From Lama glama (taxonomy: Eukaryota), in NCBI GenBank assembly GCA_028534125.1, contig CM052817.1:55120001-55184000 (forward strand): 64,000 bases of DNA, written 5' to 3'. Numbering within the stretch: the stretch's first letter is position 1; every line of letters starts with the position of its first letter. The position numbers and the translations under genes were made by a program. The notes under the pieces are model-generated. The model saw only the letters and a program-made list of their open reading frames with translations. It had not been told where the DNA came from and did no database searches. This document shows positions 26,398-37,870 of this stretch, piece after piece.

Positions 26398-26773
26398 TTA
26401 AAAATTAAAATATAGTCAGTTACAATGTATCAAATTCTCGTGTACAGCACAATGTCCCAGTCACGCATATACATACATATATTCATTTTCATATTCTTTT
26501 TCATTAAAGGTTATTACAAGATATTGAACATAGTTCCCTGTGCTATACAGAAGAAAAATTTTTAAATCTATGTTTATAGTGGCTAACATTTGTAAATCTC
26601 AAACTCCTGAATTTATCCCTTCCCACCCTCTTCCCCCTACTTACCATAACATTGTTTACTATGTCTGCAAGTCTGTTTCTGTTTTGTAGATGAGTTCATA
26701 GTGTCCTTTTTTCTTTTTTTTTTAAGGTTCCACATATGAGTGATATCATATGGTATTTTTCTTTCTCTTGCTG
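26398..26773 (-). mobile_element. 5'-truncated young L1 3' end (~375 bp)
   Basis: Same 3'UTR family as 19998-20246; 15-bp TSD taaaattagccattt (26383-26397) / taaaattaaccattt (26774-26788). Confidence 0.93.
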
Positions 26774-28589
26774 TAAAATTAACCATTTGTTATTCATTGA
26801 AGTTCTTTCTACTTATCTTTGATTCACAGAAGGCAGGAATTTAATAAATCAATACATTTAAGGCATATTTTATATTTCCCTTTCATATGTTTAAGTATTT
26901 ATGTTTTTAAGATAATAGGCATAATGTATGTTGAAATATTTTTCTCTTTAAAATTTCAAATTTATCTTAGGGCTTTATTGACATAGTATATACTGGTAAT
27001 TCTGTGAAACAGATGTGTCACTTAAATTAGAAAGAACAGATTTTTCAGAATCTCCAAACATACCTCTCAATATATAATAGCAGAACAAGTATATGACAAA
27101 ATTTTAGAAATAAATTTTGAAGATAATTCTTATTTGCCTTTGCAACTAACAATTACTGGAAATCGGCAAACTACTCGATATTGAATTAATCTTTCTTTCA
27201 TTGTATAACACATTCCATTAATAATATAGAAATAAAATTTTCTTCTACCCTGGCTCTACTTCCTGAAGGGTCAATGTAATGATGATGTCATGCTGGGAAA
27301 GATATATACTTTCTTTTTTTCCATCATTTTTGCCGTAAGTAACTAACAATTTAACCCATAAGTAGAGATAGTAACCTAATTTCTCCCATAGTTAATACAG
27401 GAATATTGTTTTTTTCTATCTCCATTGCCAACAATTCTCATGAATTACTGTTAGAAAGGCCTTGACTCAGAAACCAATTATTTTACTCAAGAAAAATTTG
27501 CCACAGAAAGTAATTTATCATTTGCTAAGACCTTTTCTTCATGTCATACTCATCAAATAACTGTTATTTCTTAAAACCTCTGTGTTAATTTGGTTATGTA
27601 AAGATTTGCTATGTTTCAGAGTTAGTGAATTTTTCTTCTCCTTTGTCTACTTTTATCCCCCAAATTAAAAAACTTTTTCCTATATTTTTATTTTCTAGAG
27701 ACTTGGCTCATATTTATGAATTTTTCTTAGATTAATGTTATTGATGGAATAAAATATCCCTGGAATTTGCCTTGCACCAGATAAATTAGTTTATTCATAA
27801 TCACAATAAACTTAACTTGCTCTAACCACTTAGCTTCTGCTGGAAGCAGGTCTTCTTCCATGACTTCACTTCCGGCTTGTGTCTATGAAAACCATGTATC
27901 TGCTGAGGCTTCTGTTTATTCATATACTAGCAAAAAAAAGGGTTTAGTGGGTTTTCTAACATTTCCAGCTCTATGTTTTTAATATGTTATTTTTGCCTTT
28001 GGGCAACCCAAAGGTACATTAGATATCAAATAATTCATTAATCACACGTTTTTCATCATAAGTCGTTAGAAATATAAATAGTTTAAAAGTCTTATAAAAA
28101 GGACAAATATCAAGAATCATGGGCCTGTTTTGCTCAAAAGAGAATAGTATCAAAACATTATGAAAAGTTTGGCAGCAGTTTTTTTTTCATTTGTGTCTTC
28201 ACTGAGTTCAAAGTAAGAAGTAGCTACAGATGACAGGATGATATGTGAGATACAAGAAGAAATTTCCATCCAAAGTCAGCATCTTCTTGCACATGACATT
28301 ATACTAGCTACTGCTCCTCAGCTTTCCAGTTTTCATTTTCTTGTTAGTGACATTTCTAAAGAAATGACATTTGATTTATTTTTGTGTTGCATCTTGTTTT
28401 CCCTTTATTTTTAATAATCCTTTGTGGATTACTTTTGCTTTTTTTTTCCTTAAAACCCAGCTAGTTTCCAGCACCAGTGATAATGATGGAAAACATTTCA
28501 GTGAGTACATTCTGCAATTAAATTTTTTTTAAATTCTTTATCATAGGATTCTGGAAGGAGACATACATTTTCCTCTCTGGACTCTTTTC

Positions 28590-28695
28590 ATTAAGAAATA
28601 GACTCGAAGAAGAAGATTATCTTGCCCAGAGCTATACAGGGGTTACAGCAGAGGCAGGTTCCAAGCATAGCCGGTCCTCTTTCCATTACAACATA
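28590..28695 (-). mobile_element. MIR fragment
   Basis: 'agattatcttgcccagagctatacaggggttacagcagaggcagg...ctctttccattacaaca'. Confidence 0.45.
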
Positions 28696-30409
28696 CTAGT
28701 CAATTTCCCATAATTACGAGGGGGTGCTCCCCTCCTCTGCCAGACTTCCCTTTGGCATAGGCAGTGGTGCTTTGCCTGATTAGCTTTCAGTCAGCTGTCA
28801 GAGTTCAGCAACCATCTCAAAATGTATTCATCTCATCATTTTTGTGCTTGTCACTCGCTACCTTTTCCCTTTTACTCTGTCATAATTTTTCAGGTTCTTT
28901 GCAGTATTCTATCAAGGGTGACACACAGAGATAGTTTCACACTATGGGCTAAGTCCTAAGAGGAAAAGTTCATGTTTCGGTATGTGACCCAAAGAGAGAT
29001 TTGTCCTAAGCAGTCAAATAAACAGCATCACTTGGATCTAAGGCACAGGGACTAAAAGTGAGCTCACTTGAATAGGTAAGTAACTTGGCTTTCTAGAAAA
29101 GAGTGTGACACTCCAGGCTGGAGATATTTGTGGAAAGGTATGAGCCTTTGTCAGGAAGCTATTCTTGTTTGCTCTGAACCCTACTAATCACCTTTGATGT
29201 GGGCTGCCCGTTGCCTTCAAAGGATCTCTAGCCTAGGTAGGTAGGAAGGGTGCTGAGAAAAAGGAAAAAGAAGTCCATGGTGGTTCAAAGTCACATTAAT
29301 CCTCCTTGATGATTCAGTTAGCCAAGTAAAAGGACAAAACACAACAAGGGGAGACACTTTAAAATAAATGAAAATAAATGTGGGAATGGAAAAAGGACAT
29401 AATTTTTTTTAATGTCTCTTAGGTCAGTGGTTTCTATTTTATGAATTCTTGTCCTATTTTCGATGTGTCTCATTTCTGAAGCTTAGTAAGTATTCTTTCT
29501 TTGAGCTGCACATAATATAGAAAGGGAAGGGCAAAGAGGTTTATCCAGCATAATGCCCTGTGTGTTAAGTGTCATCTACTCTGATTAGTTATATTATATT
29601 GGCAAAATTGGTTCTTTGTTCTTCAAATTAGATTAAACAATTCTGTTTCTATGCAGTTGATTTTTAGATCACTTTATTTCTTTATGTATGCTTTAGTTAA
29701 TTATAGTAATAGATACTAGCTGCAGATATAAACTGAAAACATGAATAATTTTATACCTTTTATTTCCATGTATATCTATATATGTATATAGATATATTAC
29801 TATAACTAAAATAAATTTCCTCTGTCAATAAAATGACTTACATGTTTGATACAGAGGAGATAGAATGTATACACATAGAACTATGTATTATAGTAAAATT
29901 GTCTTTAATATACATATGCTGTCTTTAGCATTGTGTACAATATGTATTTTAAATTTAGATTGTAAGGAATTAGGATCCTATGATATATGATAAATTATTA
30001 TAATTATAATTTAATTCCCCTGAGCAAGAATTTCCATCATCTTCCCATATATCCCAATTTTTTTTCTAAACAAGTCATTGCAGTTAAGACATGTTCTGAA
30101 AAAAAAAAAGGAAAACATAATGTTAATCACAATTTCTTCCCAATACAGCTATCATGTTATTAATAGAAGTTTAATGGTCAGTATACAAAAATAATTTGAA
30201 AGCTATTTGATTCAAGATAAAATATATGTGACAAAATATGTACTGCCATCCTGCAAAATTACAGTATAATTGTAAGGAAAAGTCAACGTATGATTGTAAT
30301 CTTCAGGTTGGTAAAATCTGCCTATTTATCTCTTTATTAAAGCTATTCTGTGGCAGAAATATTTGAACTTGGGGGTTTCTTTTTCTCAATCTGAAAAAAA
30401 AAGGAATCA

Positions 30410-32790
30410 TTTTATTTTTTTCTAGAATTACAGAGCTATAATTGACATACAACATTTAAGGTGTACATTGTATGATTTGACACATGTATATATTGTGAAG
30501 CAGTTACCACAGTAAGGTTAGCTATTATCCCCACAATCTCCCATAATTACCTTGTATGTGTGTGTATGTGGCATGTGTGTGTGTGAGTGTGTGGTAAGAC
30601 TATTTAAGATGTATTCTCTTAGGAACTTTTACACATAAAATACAGTATTGTTAACTATACTCACCATGCTGTATATTGGATCCCCAGGAGTTATTCATAT
30701 TATAACCGGAAGTTTGTACCCTTAGATTAACATCTCCCCAGTTCCCCCAGACCTCAGCTTGTGTCAACAACCATTCCATTCTGTTCTGTTTCCATGAGTT
30801 CAGCTTTCTTAGATTCCACATATATGTGAGATTATACAATATTTCTCTTTGTCTGACTCATTTCACTTAGCATAATGCCCTCAAGGTTCATCCATGTTAC
30901 CATAAATGGAAGATTTTCCTAGTTTCTCAGGCTGAACAATATCCCATTGTATATATTTTATACCACATCTTCTTTCTCCATTCACCAGTAGTCAGGTACT
31001 TAGGGTATTTCTATATCTTGGATATTGTGAATAATGCTGCAGTGAACACGGGATAAAGATATCTCTTCATGATAGTGATTTAATTCCCTTTAGATATATA
31101 GCCAGAAGTGGGATTGCTGGATCATATGGTAGTTTTATTTTTAATTTTCTGAGGAATCTCCATACTGTTTTGCAGAGTTGCGGTGTTAATTTAGATGATC
31201 ACCAATAGTGCATAAAGTTTCCCTTTTTCCAACTTTCTTACAATATTTATTTCGTGTCTTTTTGATAATAGCTATTCTAACAGTGTAATAGCTATTCTAA
31301 TAGGTGTAAAGTAATATCTAATTGTGATTTTGATTTATATTTCCCCAGTGGTTAATGATGTTGAGCACTTTTTCATGTACCTGTTGGCCATTGTGTGTCT
31401 TCTTTGGAAACATGTCTATTCAGATCCTCTGCCCATTTTTCAGTTGGATTTTTTGGTTGTTATTGAGTTGTATGAGTCCCTTAATATATTTTGGATATTA
31501 ACTTCTTATCAGATAGATAGTGAAGCTTTCTAGTCCAGGGCTTTTCTTTTGGGGGAGGTTTTAATTGTTGATTTAATCTCCTTATTCATTATTGGTCTGT
31601 TTATATTTTCTATTTCTTCATGAGCCAGTCTTGATGGGGTTTATGTTTCTAGGAATTTATCAGATTCTTTGAGGTGACCCACTTTGTTAGAAGAGTCCCT
31701 TTTGCTTTCCCTAGCATGGTGCTGTACGTGCAAGTTTGTGGTTTCTTCCAGGTTCTCATATCCAGGACAGCTTTCTGCACATGCTCACTAGCAGTCTACA
31801 AAAGCTCTGTATGCTGTTGGGAGCATGCATAGGGAGCTGGGCAAGAGGGTAGGGCTGTGTGGGTGAAGCATGTAGAGCTCTGGGGGTTCCCATGGGCCAG
31901 CTGGGGGATTCTCAGGCCAGGTGTTTCCGGCAGCTCATGGAGAGACATTCAATGGAGTCTATGGCAAGATAGTAGCATCCTTGTCCCTTTGATGTGTTCC
32001 CCTCTGGGTCCTCACTGCTGTTCTCCTGGCTGCTCACTAACCCCCAGTCATACTCAGTGCTCTTGATGGGGAGAGAGAGTAACTGGTCTCTCGGGCTGCA
32101 TCCCACACCGCCGGCGAAGCCAGGCACACATTCCTATGCTCTCACTTTCCCTGGCAGGGGAAAACCAAGGTTAAGAGGGTTTCTCTTGGCACTGAGCTGT
32201 GTAACCTTGAGGGAGGATGACGTGGGTTAAGTCAAATAGTTTCTCTTACCCAAATGAAATCATCCAAGCCTTTTTTTTTTAATGTTTTAATTAATTTTAT
32301 TTATTTAATTATTTTTGATACAGTGGTATACTGGAGCTTCTCCACTTGATCCTGGACTTCTGCAAAGGTGCTCTTATCTGTGGGCTATACTCTCAATCAG
32401 TGTTCTTTAGAGGTTCCTGGACCATGGCCAGAAAGAGCTAGAACTGGCCCAAGGCTGTTTCAGGGTCCACAGCTGGCACTGAGGTCTGTCTGCCTTTTTC
32501 CCAATGCATGGGTTGGCAAAACCCTTCCCAGATCCATTAGCATATGGTGCTTATGATAGAACCAAAGTCAAATGGGCCTGCAGCTAGGTTTTCAAGGACG
32601 TAGAGCTGTGTGAGTCTATAGTTGAGACAGACCGGGATTGATGAGTTAGTAGCCTGTGTGTAGATCTGTCTTCTCAAAATGGCTTTCCTTGTTTTTGGAC
32701 TATACCAGGGTTTCATAAACTTTGACCTGGACCATACAACACACAGAAAGGCACATGTTTCCATGGATGATGCCTATATTCTTAGGTGGA
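30410..32790 (-). mobile_element. L1MA9/10-like element, antisense: 3' end (~30410-31518), ~170 bp of central ORF2 (~31519-31690), GC-richer 5'UTR-like part (~31691-32790)
   Basis: 3' end 'gtattgttaactatactcaccatgctgtatattggatcccca..gaagtttgtacc'; ORF2 piece 'tgaagctttctagtccagggcttttctttt..attggtctgtttatattttctatttcttcatg'; 5' part resembles recalled L1M2-type 5'UTRs. Confidence 0.8.
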
Positions 32791-32799
32791 GGATATGAA

Positions 32800-34470
32800 C
32801 TAGGGAGATCTGTTCACTTGTCTTTCTTCATTCAGTTTTAGATCTTTCTGGTTCTTGATACTACAAGTGATTTATTATTGAAACTTGGGCATTTTGAATA
32901 TTATGTTATGAGGCTGGAGTTCTTACTTAAACCTCTGTTTAACTGGCTTCCTTTGATACCACTCTGACACAAGAAGATGGCTGGAGTGTGGGGGGGCACT
33001 GCCTCATTATTGCCAGATAAATGTTGAAGTCTAGGTTCCTCGGTCAGAATCCACTGACACCTGAGGGGAAGGCTCCTCACTATGGCTGTGTGTGTGTGGG
33101 AGTTCTGGCTCCCACTAGGCCTACAGTGAGATCTCTCTGGCCGGATGGGCGGGAACACCTCCTTACTGATTCCCACTTAGTTTTCACTGACACCACAGTG
33201 TGTCACTGGTCTTATTACTGGGTGGTGGTAGTGAAAGTCCTGGCTTCCACAAGATTTTCTCTGACACCACCTCAGAGGGGAGTAGAAGGTGCAACTTGTT
33301 GTTACCTAGTGATGGTGTCCAGGCTCCCCTTGTCATCCCCACCAACAACCATAGGAAAGGGGCTGATTGCTGCCTGGTGGGGTTGAAAGTCCTGACTCCC
33401 TGATTGGCCTTTTCTGACACCATGCTGTTGCTCTGAGGTGGGATTCTCCAGAGAAACATAACCACTAGGATGTCTTCATACACACACATACATATGTATT
33501 TACTTGAGAAATACCTTCATCTATATCTATATGTAAAGATATTTATTATAAAGTGTTGTCTCACGTAATTGTGCAGGCTGGAAAGTTTCAGGATTTATCG
33601 TCAGCAAGCTGGAGACACAGGAGACCCAAGGATGTAGCTCCAATCTGAGTCCCGAGGACCTGAAGATCAGGAGAGTTCATGGTGTAGTTCCTGTTCTATT
33701 TCGGTTAGGTCCGTGACCCGGAACAAGCCCATGTTAAAGTGTAAGTCTGAAGGCATGAAAAACCTGATGTACCAGTTCGAATGCAGTCACAGGAGGGTCA
33801 GCCTTTTTGTTCTAGACAGGCTTTCAGTTAACTGTATGAGGTCCATCCACACTGGGAAGGGCAAGCTGCTTTACGCAGTCCATCAACTCAACTACTAAGA
33901 TCATCCAAAAACACCCTCACAGACCAGACACACCCAGAAACATCTTTGATCAACTGTCTGAGCACCTCATGGGCCAGTTAAACTCACAAATAAACTTAAC
34001 TTTCAAAGGTGCCTTGTTATAACCTGGCAGGGGTTGAAGTCTTGGATTCCCGCTTGGCCTTTGATAACGTGCGTGGAGGGTTTTGTTTGTTTGTTTGTTT
34101 GTTTGTTTTGTGTTTGTGGTGTTTGACAGTAGGAAAGCAGTTATTGTCTGAAAGGTTTTCTAGGCTACCAGTTTCCATTGTTTTGGCTACAGAGAGAAGG
34201 CTTTTGCTGGGGCTTTTATTGTCTGTGACTGTCTGTGTTTGTAGGGGCTGGCCTCTGCAGCTCCGTCTGAGATATATGAACTAAAAATAAAACTGAGGGA
34301 ATCTACCACTGCATCATTTTCTGGGTCTCTGGTTTCCTACCCAGTCTGTCTTTTTCCTCCACCTTTGAAAGTCTATGTTTGTTTTATACATAACATTGAG
34401 GTTTTTAGGTTTACTTAGTTGGAAGAAAAGGAAAAAGTAAATCTCCTCCATCTTCCTGAAAGCAGAACCC
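32800..34470 (-). mobile_element. Old L1M4/L1MC-type 5'UTR, antisense, split by an MLT2B LTR
   Basis: Repeated modules of the type 'gtgaaagtcctggcttcc..ttttctctgacacca'; terminus 'aaggaaaaagtaaatctcctccatcttcctgaaagcagaaccc'. Confidence 0.7.
33432..34007 (-). mobile_element. MLT2B-like ERV-L solo LTR
   Basis: 'ggattctccagagaaacataaccactagga...gcaagctggagacacaggaga...catccaaaaacaccctcacagaccagacacacccagaaa...gggccagttaaactcacaaataaacttaac'. Confidence 0.88.
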
Positions 34471-37411
34471 ACGAGAAATAAATTTTTAAATGCCTCGGTC
34501 TGTGATCTGATCTAAGTATCACAAGGTCAAGAAGCAGTTTGGCAATTATAACACAAAAGCTTCTGAGCTGGCATTTTATCCCAAATTTTGGCTTTGTTTT
34601 TACTTATATTAACTATAGACAGTTGCCAACTTATCAATTCATGTTGTACTTTGTAGACACATTCTTTAAAAACAACTTTAAACATGTGAATGCTGGTCTC
34701 TAGTATTCATGGGCTGTAGCTTTTTTTTTCTCCCCTCATCTTTGTTCCTACGAGGCATACGAAAACATATTTGAAGTCAATTGCAGAAGGTTGTTCTACT
34801 TACATGTAAAAGCCATTCAAGAAATAGACCTTATGGGAATTGAAAAGATCCAGGCTATGCTGTTTAAAGCCTTAGGGGGAATGTATTTCTACGCTTTTAT
34901 TTAAAAACCTTGAAATAAATGAAAATGTTTCAAGCATAATTTTTTCTAGATATTTTCACTTCTTCTGGACTGTTTCTGTGCATTGTCTCTTAGCTACAAT
35001 TTTCTCTGTGACAGTGCTGACTATATTTTTTAAAGGGGCAGAAGAATATAGTTATCAAATGAATAGTTTAACTGATCCTGAAGATTTAGAACTCCATTCA
35101 CAAATATTTAATTTTTATATCCAGTTGTAGTTTAAATTAGGATGCACTTTATGCCCATGTGACCCTTCAGTATATTTCAAAAGCCTGAATTTATAATAAA
35201 ACATTTAAAATATAACACTTGAAAATATAAGGCTTTCATAACATGAGAAGATGATTTTAAAATACATGCATGCTCTAGGTGACCATTGTATTTTAAATTA
35301 ATGTTCGTATTTCATTGAACCATATAATCAAGAAGTTGTAAAATGCTAAATTAAAGTTTAATAAATAGGAAAGTATCAGAAGATTAACTTACAATTCTGG
35401 ATATATCCAAATATTACTTCCCTCTAAATAACTACTGCTAGAGATGAGAATCATGGAATATAAACTTCTGTTTAGATTTATCACTGAGAGATGCCCAAAA
35501 ATACCATTTGGTAAATATCATTAAAAGCCACTTAGATTTCATTGTGTATGTTTCACTCTGTAAGAAAGTTCTTTCTAGCATTTGGGAAGGGAATCAGGTT
35601 TATAATTTCGAGTTTGCCATTTCCCCTTTATTTATTGACAACTTACTTTAAGTTAGACACTTTGTGTCATTTAATCCTTACAATTTCCCAATACATGTAT
35701 TATTTGTAGATGGAAAAATGAAAGATTTGAATTAAGCCATTTTTCTTCCAAAACTCTCTCATGTCATGGCACATTGTCATTTCAGTTACCTTTTATCAGC
35801 ATTTTATCCTGAATTTTGTGTTCTAAATAAAATTTTCTGTGTTGTCTGAGCTGTAATAATTTTTTTAAAATTGAACATATAGCTTCTGTTTTCCTTTTGA
35901 ATTGAAAACATTCTTATGTTATTTTCATTTTTAAAAGTCACTACTAGCTTTCATTTATTCAGATTAGCTTTCATTCCCCAGTTCTCATAAAGTGGTTTGT
36001 GACTAGTTCATGAATTTTCCGCATTGAATAGAAGTATTTGTTTTCCTTAACTAATGTTTAGCAACAAAGACTTTTATTCCGCCATTCAGTATACAGATAG
36101 ATATAGATATGATATAAATATATATATATATATCATATAGCTACATAATTATAAAATGTAGTTATATAGATAATTGTATATATTTATATTTGCAAACATA
36201 TGTAAGATTTTTTAAACAATGGGGTAGAAAATAAAGGATTTGTTTTAACAAATTATGTAGAAGTACCATATGGAGAATTTATTGCGCCAGCTACGGCTGA
36301 TACTGGATTAGACAATCTCACTTTGAACTCAGGAGCATCACAAACCGTCATCCTATGAAAATAGCTAAGTGTTTATCCACATAGTTCATCTTTCTCCAAG
36401 CTCGATTTTAAGTTCATCTTCCTATGTTCCATGATTCATTTGAAACATAGAAATATTTACTATTTTCTGGGTAAGAAAACCTTAACATGTGAGTAATTTT
36501 ATCAGGTGGCACAGACGTTTTCTTTCATTTATCTACAGCGACTTATTTACTTCCCCCTTGATAATTAGTGGCCATATTTAGATGGTCAGACTTTAAAATT
36601 ATGTAAATTATTAATAAGCATGCAGGACTTGATAATTCATCCATTGAGTTTCTTTCTCATCATTAAAGCCAGCTGGTCTCCGCAGATCTTTTTCAAAGCT
36701 CGCTTTGTTTTCTTTTATTTTGTTTTGACAAGGCGCAAATCCACACCATGCTTTTCTGTGATACAGATTTTCTGACTTTACATCATGTTTATGTTTTTCT
36801 TTTGCAAATGGAGAGCATCTGGAGATTCTAATGTTACTGGACATTCCATTTCAATTATATTACAGTTAAAAACTCTTCCTTTCAAACAGAATGTCTTTTC
36901 AGCATGGGTTGTTTACTTGCATGCCACTGAGTGGGAGTTTCTTGGCAAGGTTCTGAAATGGGAGGACACTAGGGATTATCTCTTCTCTGATTTTTTTTTT
37001 ATTTTATGTTTTTCCTTTTGATACTCTAGTCATTCTTCCTTTGCACTTTAATTATAGTGAAAGCTGTAGACTTGAATTCTTCTCATTAACAGCTGTTTAT
37101 AACATTTTTTACTTGTTTTAGAGTAATAAACCCTAAATAATTATCACAAATTGAAATTGAAAGTATAAGAACTACAAAGAATACTGTGATGTCACCAACA
37201 TCCAAGTACTTCCTAAAATCAAAAGCAGTTGAAAATGAAAAAAAATTTACTGTTAAAGTAAAGCAATCCTAGCGGTTACTGTCAAGAAATAGTATTGGAA
37301 ATTGGGGAATATGTAGTAATACCTTCTATTTACTTCTTGACTTCTGTATCAATTAAAAAATAAGACAGGAGTCAAACTTACAGTGATAAAATAATTAGAA
37401 AATATGGCATA

Positions 37412-37870
37412 CATTTGCAGCAACATGGATGGATCTGGAGATCATCATCCTAAATGAAGGAAGCCAGAAAGAGAAAGAAAAATCACTTATATGTGGAATC
37501 TAAACAAAAAAGCCAAAAAGAAAGAAAGAAAGGAAGGAAGGATGGAAGGAAGGAAGGAAGGAAAGAAAAAAGCAAACACTAATTAACTTATCTACAGAAC
37601 AGAAACAGACTCACATAGTAAACTTATAGTTACCAGAGGGAAGGTGGGTGGAAAGGGATAAAATGAGAGTTTGAAATGTGCAAATACTAACTACTATATA
37701 TAAAATAAGCACGTTTATATTATATAGCACAGGGAACTATATTCAATATCTTGTAGTAACCTCTAATGAAAAAGAATATGAATATTTGTATGAGTATGCA
37801 TAACTGAACTATTATACAGTACACCTGAAATTGACACATTGTAAATTGACCATACTTCAATTTAAAAAAA
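37412..37870 (+). mobile_element. 5'-truncated young L1 3' end (~460 bp) with internal (GAAA)n(GGAA)n expansion at ~37517-37570
   Basis: 'catttgcagcaacatggatggatctggagatc...catacttcaatttaaaaaaa'; 15-bp TSD agaaaatatggcata (37397-37411) / agaaaatgtggcata (37871-37885). Confidence 0.93.

Noticed and set aside
31266..31305. 20-bp tandem duplication; similar ones at ~14040-14080 and ~21740-21768
   Set aside because: Ordinary two-copy slippage duplications within old repeats, not an array.
31857..34284. Cluster of 60-121 aa ORFs on both strands
   Set aside because: Explained by GC-richer L1 5'UTR remnants and an MLT2B LTR, where stop codons are sparse.
34755..34905. Pyrimidine tract + GAG followed by a ~49-codon open frame (AYENIFEVNC...)
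   Set aside because: GAG is a poor acceptor, there is no good donor, and I do not recognise the peptide.
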